The notes under the pieces were generated by a model that was not told the DNA's origin, did not search any database, and saw only the letters and a list, made by a program, of their open reading frames with translations. A stretch of 64,000 bases of DNA from Hyalangium minutum (GTDB lineage Bacteria > Myxococcota > Myxococcia > Myxococcales > Myxococcaceae). This document shows, one piece after another, positions 9,455 to 20,316 of the stretch; position 1 is the stretch's first letter, and each line of letters begins with the position of its first letter. The DNA is taken from positions 973,820 through 1,037,819 of the forward strand of contig NZ_JMCB01000006.1 in NCBI RefSeq assembly GCF_000737315.1, given 5' to 3'. Position numbers and translations under genes: made by a program.

Positions 9455-12400
9455 TCACTGCCCGCCCTGCTGCGGGTCGAGGTAGTCCCAGGCCCGGGTG
9501 TCGACCCGGGAGCCTTTGCCCAGGAACGTGAAGAAGTGGTTGGGGTTGTAGAACACGTCCTTCTCCATCTGCCGATCGAACACGAACAACTGGAAGGCCG
9601 AGTACAGCCGGTGGTTGAGGTTCAGGTTGTACAAGCTCGAGCTGTGCGGCGCGACAGCACGCGTTGGCAAGGCAAGCAACGCCTGGTTCGGATTCACCCG
9701 CTCTCCCGCGGGCGTCACGAACGAGCTCCGGAGCTTCACCATCATCCGCCGCCAGCGCGGCTGCTGGAGCACCCGCTCCAAGTCATTGTTGACGGCCTCG
9801 TAGTCGGCGTTGGTGCCCGGCATGATCTGCCGGTGGTCCACCTCGGTGTCCACGTGGGTGACGTAGAAGTCCCGGAGCGCCCTCAGCGTCCACCCCTCGC
9901 TCCGGGCGCGGAGGATAATCTGCCGCGCGCTGAGCCCGTGCAGCGCCAGCTCGTGGGACATGACGAGCGCCATGCCCCCGGGATGCCAGGTGACCATCCC
10001 GCCCAGCGCCATGTAGAGGAAGATCCGCAGGTGTTGGTTGGGATCGAACCCCGGCAGCTCCCGTGACAGCGAATACAGGGGCACCCAGTGCCCACCGGGA
10101 GTGGTGGTGTCCGAGGGATCCCGTACCTGAATGCCGCACCATCCATCAATGTCAGCCGGCTGCCGCCGGACGGTCATCACCAGCGGCACGTAGTCCGGCG
10201 CGTCCGGATCGCAGAAGGGCTCGATGGCCCGCTCCTGGAAGGCGTCCGAAGTCTCGATGATTTCGAACAGCTGCGGAATCATCGCCTTCGCCGCGGCGTA
10301 GCCCTCGATGGGCGGCCACGTGGAGGGCTCGGGCGTGGGCTCGGGCTGCGGGGTGCCCACTGCGTCCCCGCTGGAGCCCTCGGTGCCGCCCGTGGGCTGG
10401 CGGCCCTCGGCGCCGTTGCGGACTTCCACCTGGGACTCGCCGACGCTGACCTCCATGCCCGGGCTCTGGCGGACGGCGCCGATGGTCTCCATCAGGTCCA
10501 TCTGCTGCAGCGGGGACTCCTGCTTCCCCGGCTGTGAGCCGCCGCCGAGCTGCGCCTGGAGCACCCGCTCCTTCCACTCCTGGTTCTTCTCCGGGTACTT
10601 GCTGGGCGGGAAGGCGCGGTCGATCTGGTCGTTCAGGTTGGCGGCGTTGCGGCTGCTCTGGGCCGCCATGGCCAGCTGGGTGGCCATCTGGGCGTAGGAC
10701 TTCGCGGCCTCCTGGTTGGACGTCATCGCCGCCAGCGCGTTCTTCTGGTTCTGGTCCAGGCCGGTGAGGTTGGCGAACGGGCTCGCCTGCCCGAGCGCCG
10801 TCAGCAGCGCGCCCACCCCCGTCGGATCCGGAGCGGCCGGCGCGTTCTGGATGTTGACCACCGGCTGCGCCAGCGGCGAGGGCTTGGTGTCCTGCGGCGC
10901 CTGGTAGCGGCTGTCCGTGCTGACGGGGTTGATGGCGGTGGGCTCGTCGATGGGGGACTGCTCCCAGCGCCAGAACCGCGTGTCGTCGATGCGCTCGCAG
11001 GCGTTGCAGGCCCCGCGCACCGCCTCGGCGAAGACGCCCGGCGTGGGCACGCTCAGGCGGAAGGCGATCTTCTGGCCGCCCTCGCGCTCGGCCTCCGTCT
11101 GGTAGTGCTCCAGCAGGGAGGCGAAGGCCGTGGCCGCGCTGCCGCTCACCTCGGGTCGGCCCAGCTCATAGGTCGGGTCGAGGTTGAAGCCGCGCGCCAC
11201 CGGGAAGATGAGGCAGTTGCCCGCCACGCCCAAGAGCCGGTTCTCCACCAGCGACGCCAGCGAGCGCCCCAGCACTCCGCGCTGCGCGTAGACGGTGTTG
11301 AACTCGTCCTGCGCCAGGTGGATGCGGTCCAGCATCATGTACCGCCGGTGCGGGGTGATGCCGTGGCACCAGATGACGTGGTGGTAGTACTCGAGGTTCT
11401 CCCGGTTCAGGTGGTCCCGCAGCTGCTGGGCCATCCGCTGGTCCTCCTGCCACGGGTTGCGCTGCTCCTCGGGGGTGAGTGGCGTGGGCAGGAAGATCTG
11501 ATCCGCGAAGCCAATGTCGTTGCGGATGGCCCGGTCGTTCAGCAGCACGCCCGTGTGGTGGCGCGTCCGGTAGCGCAGCGTGCCCCGGTCGAGGATGGCG
11601 AAGCTGCCCGACACGCTCACGCTCGGGGACAGCAGCCGCAGGCCCACCACCTGGCTGCGCTTCAGGTCCGTGGGCGTCCCGGAGAAGCCCTGCCGGTTCA
11701 CTCCCGCCTGCAGGGCCTTGGGGTCCTGCACCCGCGTGGAGCGCACCGACACCGTGAGCGGCTTGCCCGGCGCGTAGTCCGTCAGCAGCGTGCAGTCCAG
11801 CCGCATGTCCCTCACCGTGGTGCCGTCCGCGAGGATGGCCTCGAAGCGCAGCTGCTCCACGAAGTTGCGCGCCAGGGCCGGGGCGTGCTGCTCCTGGAAG
11901 GCGCGGTCGCGCTCGGCGGCCGTCATCTTGACGAAGAGGTTGCGGACACCGTTGAGCTCCAGGCCCCGGAAGAGGTGGCTCAGGGTGGCCCAGGTGTTGA
12001 TGTCCAAGGTGCCATCCTGCGCGTCCGCCGGGCGGCTCAGCGTGAGCCGCAGCTGGAACTCACCGAAGACTTCATCGATGGACTCCTCGCAGAAGGGCAG
12101 GAACGTCACCGTGCCATTGGCCTCGCGGCGCTGCGGGAAGTCCACACCCTGGTAGTTGCGAGAGATTCGCTCGACGGCGTCGAAGCCCTTGCGCAGCTCC
12201 TGGCCCTTGGCCGTGTCCGGCCCGTAGAGCAGGTGCTCGGAGAGGCACTCGCGCCAGCGGAGCACCTTCCCGTCCGTGAAGCGGCTCATCGTCAGCGGGA
12301 CGAAGAGGCACTCCTGCACGTCCACCAGCTCCTGCTGGACGACGAAGTGCCGGAGGATTTCGAAGTACTGGATGGTGAGCGCGTGGCAGTGGTTGTGGTT

Positions 12401-14440
12401 GGCCACCACCTCCGTCTGCACGGAGAACGTCTCGCCCTGGCGTGCGCTGGTGACCACCGTGGAGCGCTGGCTGCGCACCGAGGAGGTGGCCTGCATCGTC
12501 GAGTCCCTCAGGCGGTTGTGCAGGCTGGACGTCATGTCGCGCGTGTTGTCCTGCCACGCCGACGAGGTGCCCGAGCCCCCCGAGAGGTTGAAGCCCGTGG
12601 CGATGCCCAGGGACATGTTGTCCTTGCTGCCGCTGCCCGCCAGCCCCAGGCCCGCGGACCAGCCCTTCGTCTTGGCCTTGCTGCCGCCCTTCATGGACTC
12701 GCTCAGGGTGCCGGTGAGGATCTCGTCGATGTCCCGGTCCCGCGAGAGGCTGTGGCTCAGCTGCTCGGAGACATCGGTGCTCTCGGCGCGCGAGGCCTCG
12801 TCCACGCGGTTCCAGTCGTAGATGACGAGCTGCTTCTTCTGCCCGGGCGCCAGCGGCAGCGAGTAGAGCAAGTCCCCCATGGAGTAGCCGTCCGCCTTGA
12901 ACGTCTGCTTGAAGTGGAGGACGTGGCCGTGGGCGAGCGTGACGGCCTGGTAGAGCTCGAACTCGGTGGCCTCGTCGTCCCAGCGGATGGGGTTCTTGGG
13001 CCCGAGCGTCTGCCGCAGCGTGCGGTGCAGGTGCTTGGCGTAGCCGGCGGTGTCCGCCGTGTTGCCATTCCACTCCCAGCGAGGATTCTCGTTGATGGGC
13101 ACCAGCTGGCCGCGCGGATCCGTGGTCCGCACGATGGCGTGGTGGCTGAACTCCTCCAGCGTGCGGTTGGGCACGGTGAAGTTGACGCACGAGCCGCCGA
13201 TGTCCTGCGAGTAGCTGGACTCGCCGGCGACGAGCTCCTCGGTGCCCGGCAGCCGGGGGGTGGGCTCATGGCAGGCGCAGTCCTCGTCCGCGCCACCTGG
13301 AGTGGGAGACTCCTCGGCCTCGATCACCAGCTGGGTGAAGGCAGGGAAGCGGCCATCGGCGTCGAGCAGCACGGGGCAGGGCGTGTCCGGGCGGGCGGAG
13401 ACCACGGCATAGGCGCCGGTGAACGGCTCGTTGGGGAGCACCGCCGAGAAGCTCCCGGTGCTGTGCGTGCTCACCGTGGCCAGCGGTACCTCCACGGGCT
13501 TGCCATCCGCGCCGAGGCGCTGGCCGTAGAGGATGATCTGCTGGCTCTTCATGGCCTTGCCGGTGCGCTCGACGAGCCGGCCCTTGAGGACGCGGGTGCT
13601 CGTGGGAGCGCTGGAGCCGGGGGTGAGGACGGGAGGGGTGAATGGCTCCACCTTCACCTCGAGCGAGGCGAGCTTGAGCGCCTGGGTCAGGGTGAGCTGG
13701 GGCGGCGAGACGATGCGCGCGGGCAGCCCGTTGGGGGTGCGCACCACGAGGGTGAGGGGGCTGTCCGCAAAGCGGCCCGAGGCGGTGAAGTCCACCTGGA
13801 AGGCGCCGTTGTAGCCGAGCGTGATTTCCCGGTGGATGGGCGTGGCCTTGTCATCCAGGGCGATGGTGTCGGGGCAGGAGATCTCCAGCACATAGCCTGC
13901 GATGGACTCGCTGGTGCGGGTGCTGGTGACGAAGCCTCGGAGGGGGAACAGCCGCAGCTCCTCCGCGGGCACGGGCGCGCCCGCCGCAGAGGGAGCCTTG
14001 GGCGTGTTGCTCACGGTCTGCACGGTCCCGGACGAGGTGTTCGCCTTGGAGGTCTCCGTCTGCGCCTCCTCCACGAGCACCGGGGCGCGGGTCGCGGTGG
14101 AGGCCTCGAGCTTCACCACCTTCTCGACGGCCTCGGGTGAGGGCAGCTCGAGGATGACGAGGCGCGCGGTCTCGGCGGCCTTGGTCTCCGCGAGCAGCAC
14201 CGCGTCCAATGAGGCCTTGTCCGGGAAGCTCCGCTCGGCGAGAGCGGCTCCGTCCTGGAGCACGAACAAGGTGAGGGGATAGGAGAGCTTCGAGGAGGTG
14301 ATGCCCTTGAGGAGGAAGTCGCCTTCGGGGCTCGTGAGCTCCCCGGTGAAGAGCGGCGCTTCGGGCTTGGCACCGAGGACGAGCTTGAGGGACGGGAGGA
14401 CACTGCTGTCGGAGAAGTTCAACTGCCCATAGAGTTTCAT
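9455..14440 (-). CDS. Giant (1661 aa) uncharacterised protein, possible pore-forming/toxin-like protein
   Basis: Long ORF with GC3-rich codons. N-terminal beta-sandwich-like repeats. Central block HVLHFKQTFKADGYSMGDLLYSLPLAPGQKKQ...NHNHCHALTIQYFEILRHF containing a Ser/Gly-rich alternating segment. Distinct C-terminal domain with SHELALHG. Confidence 0.75.
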   Translation of the reverse strand: MKLYGQLNFSDSSVLPSLKLVLGAKPEAPLFTGELTSPEGDFLLKGITSSKLSYPLTLFVLQDGAALAERSFPDKASLDAVLLAETKAAETARLVILELPSPEAVEKVVKLEASTATRAPVLVEEAQTETSKANTSSGTVQTVSNTPKAPSAAGAPVPAEELRLFPLRGFVTSTRTSESIAGYVLEISCPDTIALDDKATPIHREITLGYNGAFQVDFTASGRFADSPLTLVVRTPNGLPARIVSPPQLTLTQALKLASLEVKVEPFTPPVLTPGSSAPTSTRVLKGRLVERTGKAMKSQQIILYGQRLGADGKPVEVPLATVSTHSTGSFSAVLPNEPFTGAYAVVSARPDTPCPVLLDADGRFPAFTQLVIEAEESPTPGGADEDCACHEPTPRLPGTEELVAGESSYSQDIGGSCVNFTVPNRTLEEFSHHAIVRTTDPRGQLVPINENPRWEWNGNTADTAGYAKHLHRTLRQTLGPKNPIRWDDEATEFELYQAVTLAHGHVLHFKQTFKADGYSMGDLLYSLPLAPGQKKQLVIYDWNRVDEASRAESTDVSEQLSHSLSRDRDIDEILTGTLSESMKGGSKAKTKGWSAGLGLAGSGSKDNMSLGIATGFNLSGGSGTSSAWQDNTRDMTSSLHNRLRDSTMQATSSVRSQRSTVVTSARQGETFSVQTEVVANHNHCHALTIQYFEILRHFVVQQELVDVQECLFVPLTMSRFTDGKVLRWRECLSEHLLYGPDTAKGQELRKGFDAVERISRNYQGVDFPQRREANGTVTFLPFCEESIDEVFGEFQLRLTLSRPADAQDGTLDINTWATLSHLFRGLELNGVRNLFVKMTAAERDRAFQEQHAPALARNFVEQLRFEAILADGTTVRDMRLDCTLLTDYAPGKPLTVSVRSTRVQDPKALQAGVNRQGFSGTPTDLKRSQVVGLRLLSPSVSVSGSFAILDRGTLRYRTRHHTGVLLNDRAIRNDIGFADQIFLPTPLTPEEQRNPWQEDQRMAQQLRDHLNRENLEYYHHVIWCHGITPHRRYMMLDRIHLAQDEFNTVYAQRGVLGRSLASLVENRLLGVAGNCLIFPVARGFNLDPTYELGRPEVSGSAATAFASLLEHYQTEAEREGGQKIAFRLSVPTPGVFAEAVRGACNACERIDDTRFWRWEQSPIDEPTAINPVSTDSRYQAPQDTKPSPLAQPVVNIQNAPAAPDPTGVGALLTALGQASPFANLTGLDQNQKNALAAMTSNQEAAKSYAQMATQLAMAAQSSRNAANLNDQIDRAFPPSKYPEKNQEWKERVLQAQLGGGSQPGKQESPLQQMDLMETIGAVRQSPGMEVSVGESQVEVRNGAEGRQPTGGTEGSSGDAVGTPQPEPTPEPSTWPPIEGYAAAKAMIPQLFEIIETSDAFQERAIEPFCDPDAPDYVPLVMTVRRQPADIDGWCGIQVRDPSDTTTPGGHWVPLYSLSRELPGFDPNQHLRIFLYMALGGMVTWHPGGMALVMSHELALHGLSARQIILRARSEGWTLRALRDFYVTHVDTEVDHRQIMPGTNADYEAVNNDLERVLQQPRWRRMMVKLRSSFVTPAGERVNPNQALLALPTRAVAPHSSSLYNLNLNHRLYSAFQLFVFDRQMEKDVFYNPNHFFTFLGKGSRVDTRAWDYLDPQQGGQ

Positions 14441-14545
14441 AGCTCGGGCAGTATGTTCAGCAGGTCACAGATTCACAGAACCCACGGGATTCATGGCCGA
14501 AAGGCCAGGGGAAAACCTGAGAGAGAGGGTACGGCCCGTGAGGGA

Positions 14546-15538
14546 TCAGCCCAGCCGCTCCAGCTCCCGGGTGAGCAGCGTCTCGAGGTCGCGGATGCTG
14601 CGGTAGACGATGCAGCGGTACGAGGCCACGTCGAAGCGCAGCTCCTTCACGTCGCGCACCAGCAGCACGGTGGGGCGGCCCCGGCCCCACGCATAGCCGA
14701 CCTCCAGATACACGTTCGGGTTGGCCATGGAGAGGTCGGCGATGACGACCTTGGCCGTGTCAATCCGCTCGCGGATGCGCTGGATGATGGGGCCGTCGAA
14801 GGCGGCTTGGTCCACGCGCTCGCAGAGCATGCCGGTGGACTTCACGGGGCCGAGGATGCCGTAGTGGTAGGTGTCCTCCAGCTCGGGCTCGAAGGGCATG
14901 GCCACGAAGGCGTGCGGCTTCTGCATGGAGGTGGTGCCCGCGGTGGCCATGGGCGGGGCCTGGACGAAGGCGCTCATGCGCTGCACGCGGAAGCCACCGC
15001 CTGGCAGGGGCTGGACGCCGGGGGTTCCTCCGAGCCCGCGCTCCAGTGCCTTGCGCAGCCGCAGGGCGCGCCGCGGGTCGAGCTCCACGAGCGTGACGCG
15101 CTCCAGGGTCTCGGGGCCGGTGCCGCGCTGGAAGGCCTCTACCAGTCCGCCGGCGAGCGCGAGCACGGCCTCGTCCTCATCCAACCCATAGTTGGGGCCG
15201 TGCACGGTGCTGGCCAGGCGGCGCAGGCCGGGGCGGGACTCCAGGGCCTTGAGCGCGCGGACGGCGAGCTGGCGAATCTCGTGGTACCCGAGCTGGTTGA
15301 GGCGCACGGTGCCGAGGAACAGGGCCAGCGGGGCCGTCAGTGCGCCGCGTGTCTCCACGAAGCGAGCATCTCCGACAGGGGCTTCGAGGTCTGACTTGGG
15401 GACGCCCACGGCATCGAGCCGCTGCGAGACGACGCCCGACACTCCATAGAAGCTCTGCGCGTACTTGAAGAGCGCCACGTCCGCGCGCGCCTCGGTGATG
15501 TCTCCTGCCTCCAGCACCAATTCGAGGGCCGTGCTCAT
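14546..15538 (-). CDS. Macro domain fused to a nucleoside 2-deoxyribosyltransferase/TIR-like domain
   Basis: N-terminus LEAGDITEARAD...YGVSG...HGPNYGLD (Macro-like). C-terminus AFVAMPF...IIQRIRERIDTAKVVIADLSMANPNVYLEVGYAWG (NDT/TIR-like with catalytic Glu). Confidence 0.8.
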   Translation of the reverse strand: MSTALELVLEAGDITEARADVALFKYAQSFYGVSGVVSQRLDAVGVPKSDLEAPVGDARFVETRGALTAPLALFLGTVRLNQLGYHEIRQLAVRALKALESRPGLRRLASTVHGPNYGLDEDEAVLALAGGLVEAFQRGTGPETLERVTLVELDPRRALRLRKALERGLGGTPGVQPLPGGGFRVQRMSAFVQAPPMATAGTTSMQKPHAFVAMPFEPELEDTYHYGILGPVKSTGMLCERVDQAAFDGPIIQRIRERIDTAKVVIADLSMANPNVYLEVGYAWGRGRPTVLLVRDVKELRFDVASYRCIVYRSIRDLETLLTRELERLG

Positions 15539-15722
15539 GTCGAGCCACTGTAACCGGCGGAGAGGGCGCTCCGTACAGGTTGGTGAAACCACCTCACCAG
15601 ACAGGAGCCTACTCATGTGCATTCACTCGGTGGGCAGCGCTTCGTTAGAGTAGCCCGTGACTTCTTTCGGGCGACAGGTCCGCTACGACCAGCCTCCGCG
15701 TGAAGGTCCTCGTTCCTTCGCT

Positions 15723-16212
15723 TTGCGGCCATTTCGAAAACACGGGTTCGTTTCTGCCCTGTGGATGTTGGCAGCCGTCGCAGGCTGTGAAACGCCGAGC
15801 GGGACAACAGTTCCAGGTGCGGGACCCGCATCCGCCAAGTGGGAAGGCCCCCTGATGCCGGGCCCAGGTGGCGGGCAGGTCCGAACGACCATTTACTACG
15901 GGCCGTGGCAGTGCAATCAGCGGTGGATGGATTCCTGCCAGACGCATTGCGCCTCTGAAGGCCGCAAGCTCATGGGGTGCATGTGGCTGGCCGACATCAA
16001 AACGGAATGGCAGGGCAGGTACCCGGGACCGCCTGTCGCGGCGGGCGGACGCTACGCGGGATCTTCAGCGGGGAGGTTCTCCGACGAACGAGCGCAACGT
16101 GTTGCCCGTGCCGCCCGATGTTCATGGCGTTTTCACCGACGAGTACCCCATGTGCTACGCCGGAGGCAGCAGGTGGAGCACTGTGGGTCCAGACCTGCCC
16201 TACACGGATTGA
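15723..16212 (+). pseudogene. Lipoprotein HNH-type nuclease toxin, internally deleted and frameshifted
   Basis: Lipobox LAAVAGC and Cys-rich YYGPWQC..C...C....GCMWLADIK. At 16057 the sequence switches to the +1 frame: RDLQRGGSPTNERNVLPVPPDVH...YPMCY...PYTD*, an HNH-like tail lacking the preceding HH motif. Confidence 0.65.
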
Positions 16213-16223
16213 GATCCAGTTCC

Positions 16224-16694
16224 ATGAACGCTCTGCTCGAGGAGGTCTCGCGCCACCACTTTCCGAATCCACCTGCCACGCCAGAGCAAATCGAGGCGTT
16301 TGAGCGACGGATGGGCTGGCGCCTGGATCCCGAACTCCGAGCTTTCTATCTCCACTGTGATGGAGCGGCCCTCTTCAGGCGGCGCCCGGACGCGGACTAC
16401 CGCTTCCTGTCCTTGGCCGAGATCCAGCGAGCCAGAGTCGCCATCCGCGGCAAGGATGACGATTCGCGCGGCCCGGCCTCTATGTACACGATCTGCGATC
16501 TCCAGGACGGTGACTACATCTTGGTGGACATCAGCCGTCAGCAGGGCGGCTGCTACCCCATCCTCGATGGGTGGCACGAGGCATGGCCTGATCCGGAATA
16601 TTGCAAGCAAATCGCCCACTCCTTCTCCGGGTTCCTGGAGGGCGCTCTTCGGAGCGGGGGGAATTGGTTCTGGCTGCAACAGCGCGAATCATAA
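16224..16694 (+). CDS. SMI1/KNR4 (SUKH) family immunity protein
   Basis: PPATPEQIEAFERRMGWRLDPELRAFYLHCDGA...FLSLAEI...SFSGFLEGAL. Lies immediately after the toxin remnant. Confidence 0.9.
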   Translation: MNALLEEVSRHHFPNPPATPEQIEAFERRMGWRLDPELRAFYLHCDGAALFRRRPDADYRFLSLAEIQRARVAIRGKDDDSRGPASMYTICDLQDGDYILVDISRQQGGCYPILDGWHEAWPDPEYCKQIAHSFSGFLEGALRSGGNWFWLQQRES

Positions 16695-16709
16695 CGTTGG
16701 AAGGAGCGC

Positions 16710-17489
16710 TCAGGAGGCTTCCGCCACGTCATCCAGGCACTCGTCGGTCAGGGCCTGGATCAGCGCGATGACGGACATGCACAGCAGCGCTCCGAGCGTC
16801 AGCATCACCTGCGCCGTGAACCCCGCCAGCAGCGCGGACGTGAGCAGCAGCGGCTCGGAGTCCCGTGTCCACAGCAGGTACTGCTCGACAATCCAAGCAA
16901 TCCCGCCCAGCACCCATGCCGTCCACCACGCGGTCACCGCGGCCTTGGCGCTGCGGTGGCCTCCCAGGCTCCGGCACAGGCCGCGCACCACGAGGTACGG
17001 ATCGAACAAGTGCGCCAGCGGAATGAACCACCACGCCACGGCCCACCCCGGCGTCGTCCCCGGATCCAGGCCGAGCACCCTCGCCGTCCGCACCGCCAGG
17101 TGCAGCCACCGCAGGAAGAACAGCGCTGACAGCCCCAGCACCGCGAGCAGCGGCACGCGCAGCAACTCCCAGAGCCGCTGGTAGGTGGCCGCCGCGTCTC
17201 GGGGCACCCACCCTCCTTGGAGCCGGTTGATCAACCAGCCGTCGAGCATTGCGCCGAGCAACAACCCGATCGCTGCCAGCCCCAGCGCGCCCATCGCCAG
17301 GCTCCCCCGGGTCCGCAGCGAGGGCAGCTCCCGGAGCTGCCGGTACTCGCAAGCAGCGCAGCGGTCGCCCCACGTCTCACAGCGGGCACAGATGAAGCGG
17401 CCACACCGCGAGCACGTCCCCACCGGCTTGAAGGTGGGGTGCTCGGGACAGACCACATCGCGCGCCAGGGCGGCAGAGGCAGAGGTCAT
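16710..17489 (-). CDS. DUF4328-like membrane protein with N-terminal Zn finger
   Basis: CPEH..CSRCGRFICARC..C..C, followed by WLH..V...PGWAVAWWFIPLAHLFDPY and WWTAW. Confidence 0.8.
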   Translation of the reverse strand: MTSASAALARDVVCPEHPTFKPVGTCSRCGRFICARCETWGDRCAACEYRQLRELPSLRTRGSLAMGALGLAAIGLLLGAMLDGWLINRLQGGWVPRDAAATYQRLWELLRVPLLAVLGLSALFFLRWLHLAVRTARVLGLDPGTTPGWAVAWWFIPLAHLFDPYLVVRGLCRSLGGHRSAKAAVTAWWTAWVLGGIAWIVEQYLLWTRDSEPLLLTSALLAGFTAQVMLTLGALLCMSVIALIQALTDECLDDVAEAS

Positions 17490-17586
17490 CGGGAGCGATA
17501 CACCCCTCAAGGCCCTCAGGTTCCAGGGCCCGCGAAGTATCTCCCAACCTCCTTGGAAGATACACGGTCCCGCTTCTGACGCTTCC

Positions 17587-18708
17587 TCAGGTCCGGGCCG
17601 CGGCGGAGACGGTGAAAGCGCCCACGGGGGTGGCAGCTCCGTTGATGAGCGCCTCGACGCGGTGCGAGCCCGGGTAGTGCTGGCGCGTGGTGAGAGTCTC
17701 GAGAGACACAGTCTTCTCCAGCGTGGTGGAGGCACCGGGCGCCAGTTCCACCTTGCGCACCTTGAAGACCTTGGGGCGGGAAGCCCCGTTGGCCTTGATG
17801 AAGTGCACGGCCAAGTCCACCACGGCCTTCTGGCGCTCCGAGGAGCGGTTCTCCACGTGGAGTTGCACCTGCACGGACTGGCCCAGGCGCACGCGGCGCG
17901 GGTGGAAGGTGGCGGTGACCTCGAGCGCGGCGGGGCCCTCGAAGCCCAGCACGGCCAGGGCTCCGCGGTCGCCGCGCTTCACGGCCGAGCGCAGGGCATG
18001 ACGGACGATCCACTGGCGCTCGGGAGAGGCGCCTCGGCTCCAGCGCTCGCAGGTGGCCACGAGCAGCTCCGGGTGGTCCTTGCCGATGTCGTTGAGGTTG
18101 TTGGCCACCGAGCGGCGCACGTAGAGCTCGGGGTCGTCCTTGAGCAGCTCGAGCAGCTCGAGCACCGGCCGAGGATCCTCCTGGAACGCGCGCAGCCGGG
18201 ACGCCCAGGGCAGGCGCGGCCGGGTGCCCTCGGAGACGAGGCGCCGCACGTGCACGTTCGCATCCGCCGCCCACTGGCGCAGCCGCGCGAGCGTCTCCTT
18301 CGGGTAGCGCTCGAGGTAGGGGCGGATGCAGAACTCGGCGGTGAAGCGCTGGGTGAGCGCTCGCTGCAGGTGCATGGCGGGCTCGAAGTGCTCCAGCCCG
18401 TGCTCGGCCACATAGAGGGAGTGGGGCAGGTAGAGGAACACGGACATGCCATGGCTTTCGGTGCCCTCCAGCGGCGGCCCGAGCGAGCCCTGGAGGATGC
18501 GCGCCGTGTGCTCGAAGTCCTGGGGCAGCGCACGGTGCATGGCGCGCATGATGTGGCGCGCGCGGTCCATCAGCTCGAGGGCCTCCAGCCCTTCGGAGGC
18601 CTCGGCGACGAAGCGGCGCTCGGGGAAGGAGGGGTGGGCGGTGCGCAGCATGGCGGCAATGCGCCGCACCGCCTCCTCGTTGAAGAACGTCTTGAGGGAT
18701 TCGGCCAT
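17587..18708 (-). CDS. DNA alkylation repair (AlkD/HEAT-like) protein
   Basis: LELMDR...LTQRFTAEFCIRPYL...VRRLVSEGTRPRLPWA...LKDDPELYVRRSVANNLNDI. Confidence 0.85.
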   Translation of the reverse strand: MAESLKTFFNEEAVRRIAAMLRTAHPSFPERRFVAEASEGLEALELMDRARHIMRAMHRALPQDFEHTARILQGSLGPPLEGTESHGMSVFLYLPHSLYVAEHGLEHFEPAMHLQRALTQRFTAEFCIRPYLERYPKETLARLRQWAADANVHVRRLVSEGTRPRLPWASRLRAFQEDPRPVLELLELLKDDPELYVRRSVANNLNDIGKDHPELLVATCERWSRGASPERQWIVRHALRSAVKRGDRGALAVLGFEGPAALEVTATFHPRRVRLGQSVQVQLHVENRSSERQKAVVDLAVHFIKANGASRPKVFKVRKVELAPGASTTLEKTVSLETLTTRQHYPGSHRVEALINGAATPVGAFTVSAAART

Positions 18709-18753
18709 GGCCGGGAGCGGTCTACCGCGTTCCAGCGGGCTCCACCACCCGCG

Positions 18754-20154
<1,401 letters not shown>

Positions 20155-20316
20155 GAAGTACCTCGAAGGGGCATCTGGGTAAGGCGTTACATACCTCGGT
20201 TGCTGGCTCCCTGGGTTCGCGGGGGCGCTCGGCAGCTCTCCCCTCGGGGAACGGTGGGGCACGGCGCTTGCTCTCTCCCGCCAGCGGCGCGCTGAAGCGC
20301 CCTCGAAGGAGGCCCC

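Noticed and set aside
11105-14140. 1011-aa plus-strand ORF, and similar long ORFs at 1707-3707, 23072-24994, 32561-34960 and 57040-59832
   Set aside because: Antisense frames of real genes in high-GC DNA, with no recognisable motifs.
15643-16700. GTTAGAG before and CATAAC after the toxin/SMI1 pair as integron cassette boundaries
   Set aside because: Neither matches the attC consensus well, there is no stem structure, and no integrase is present.
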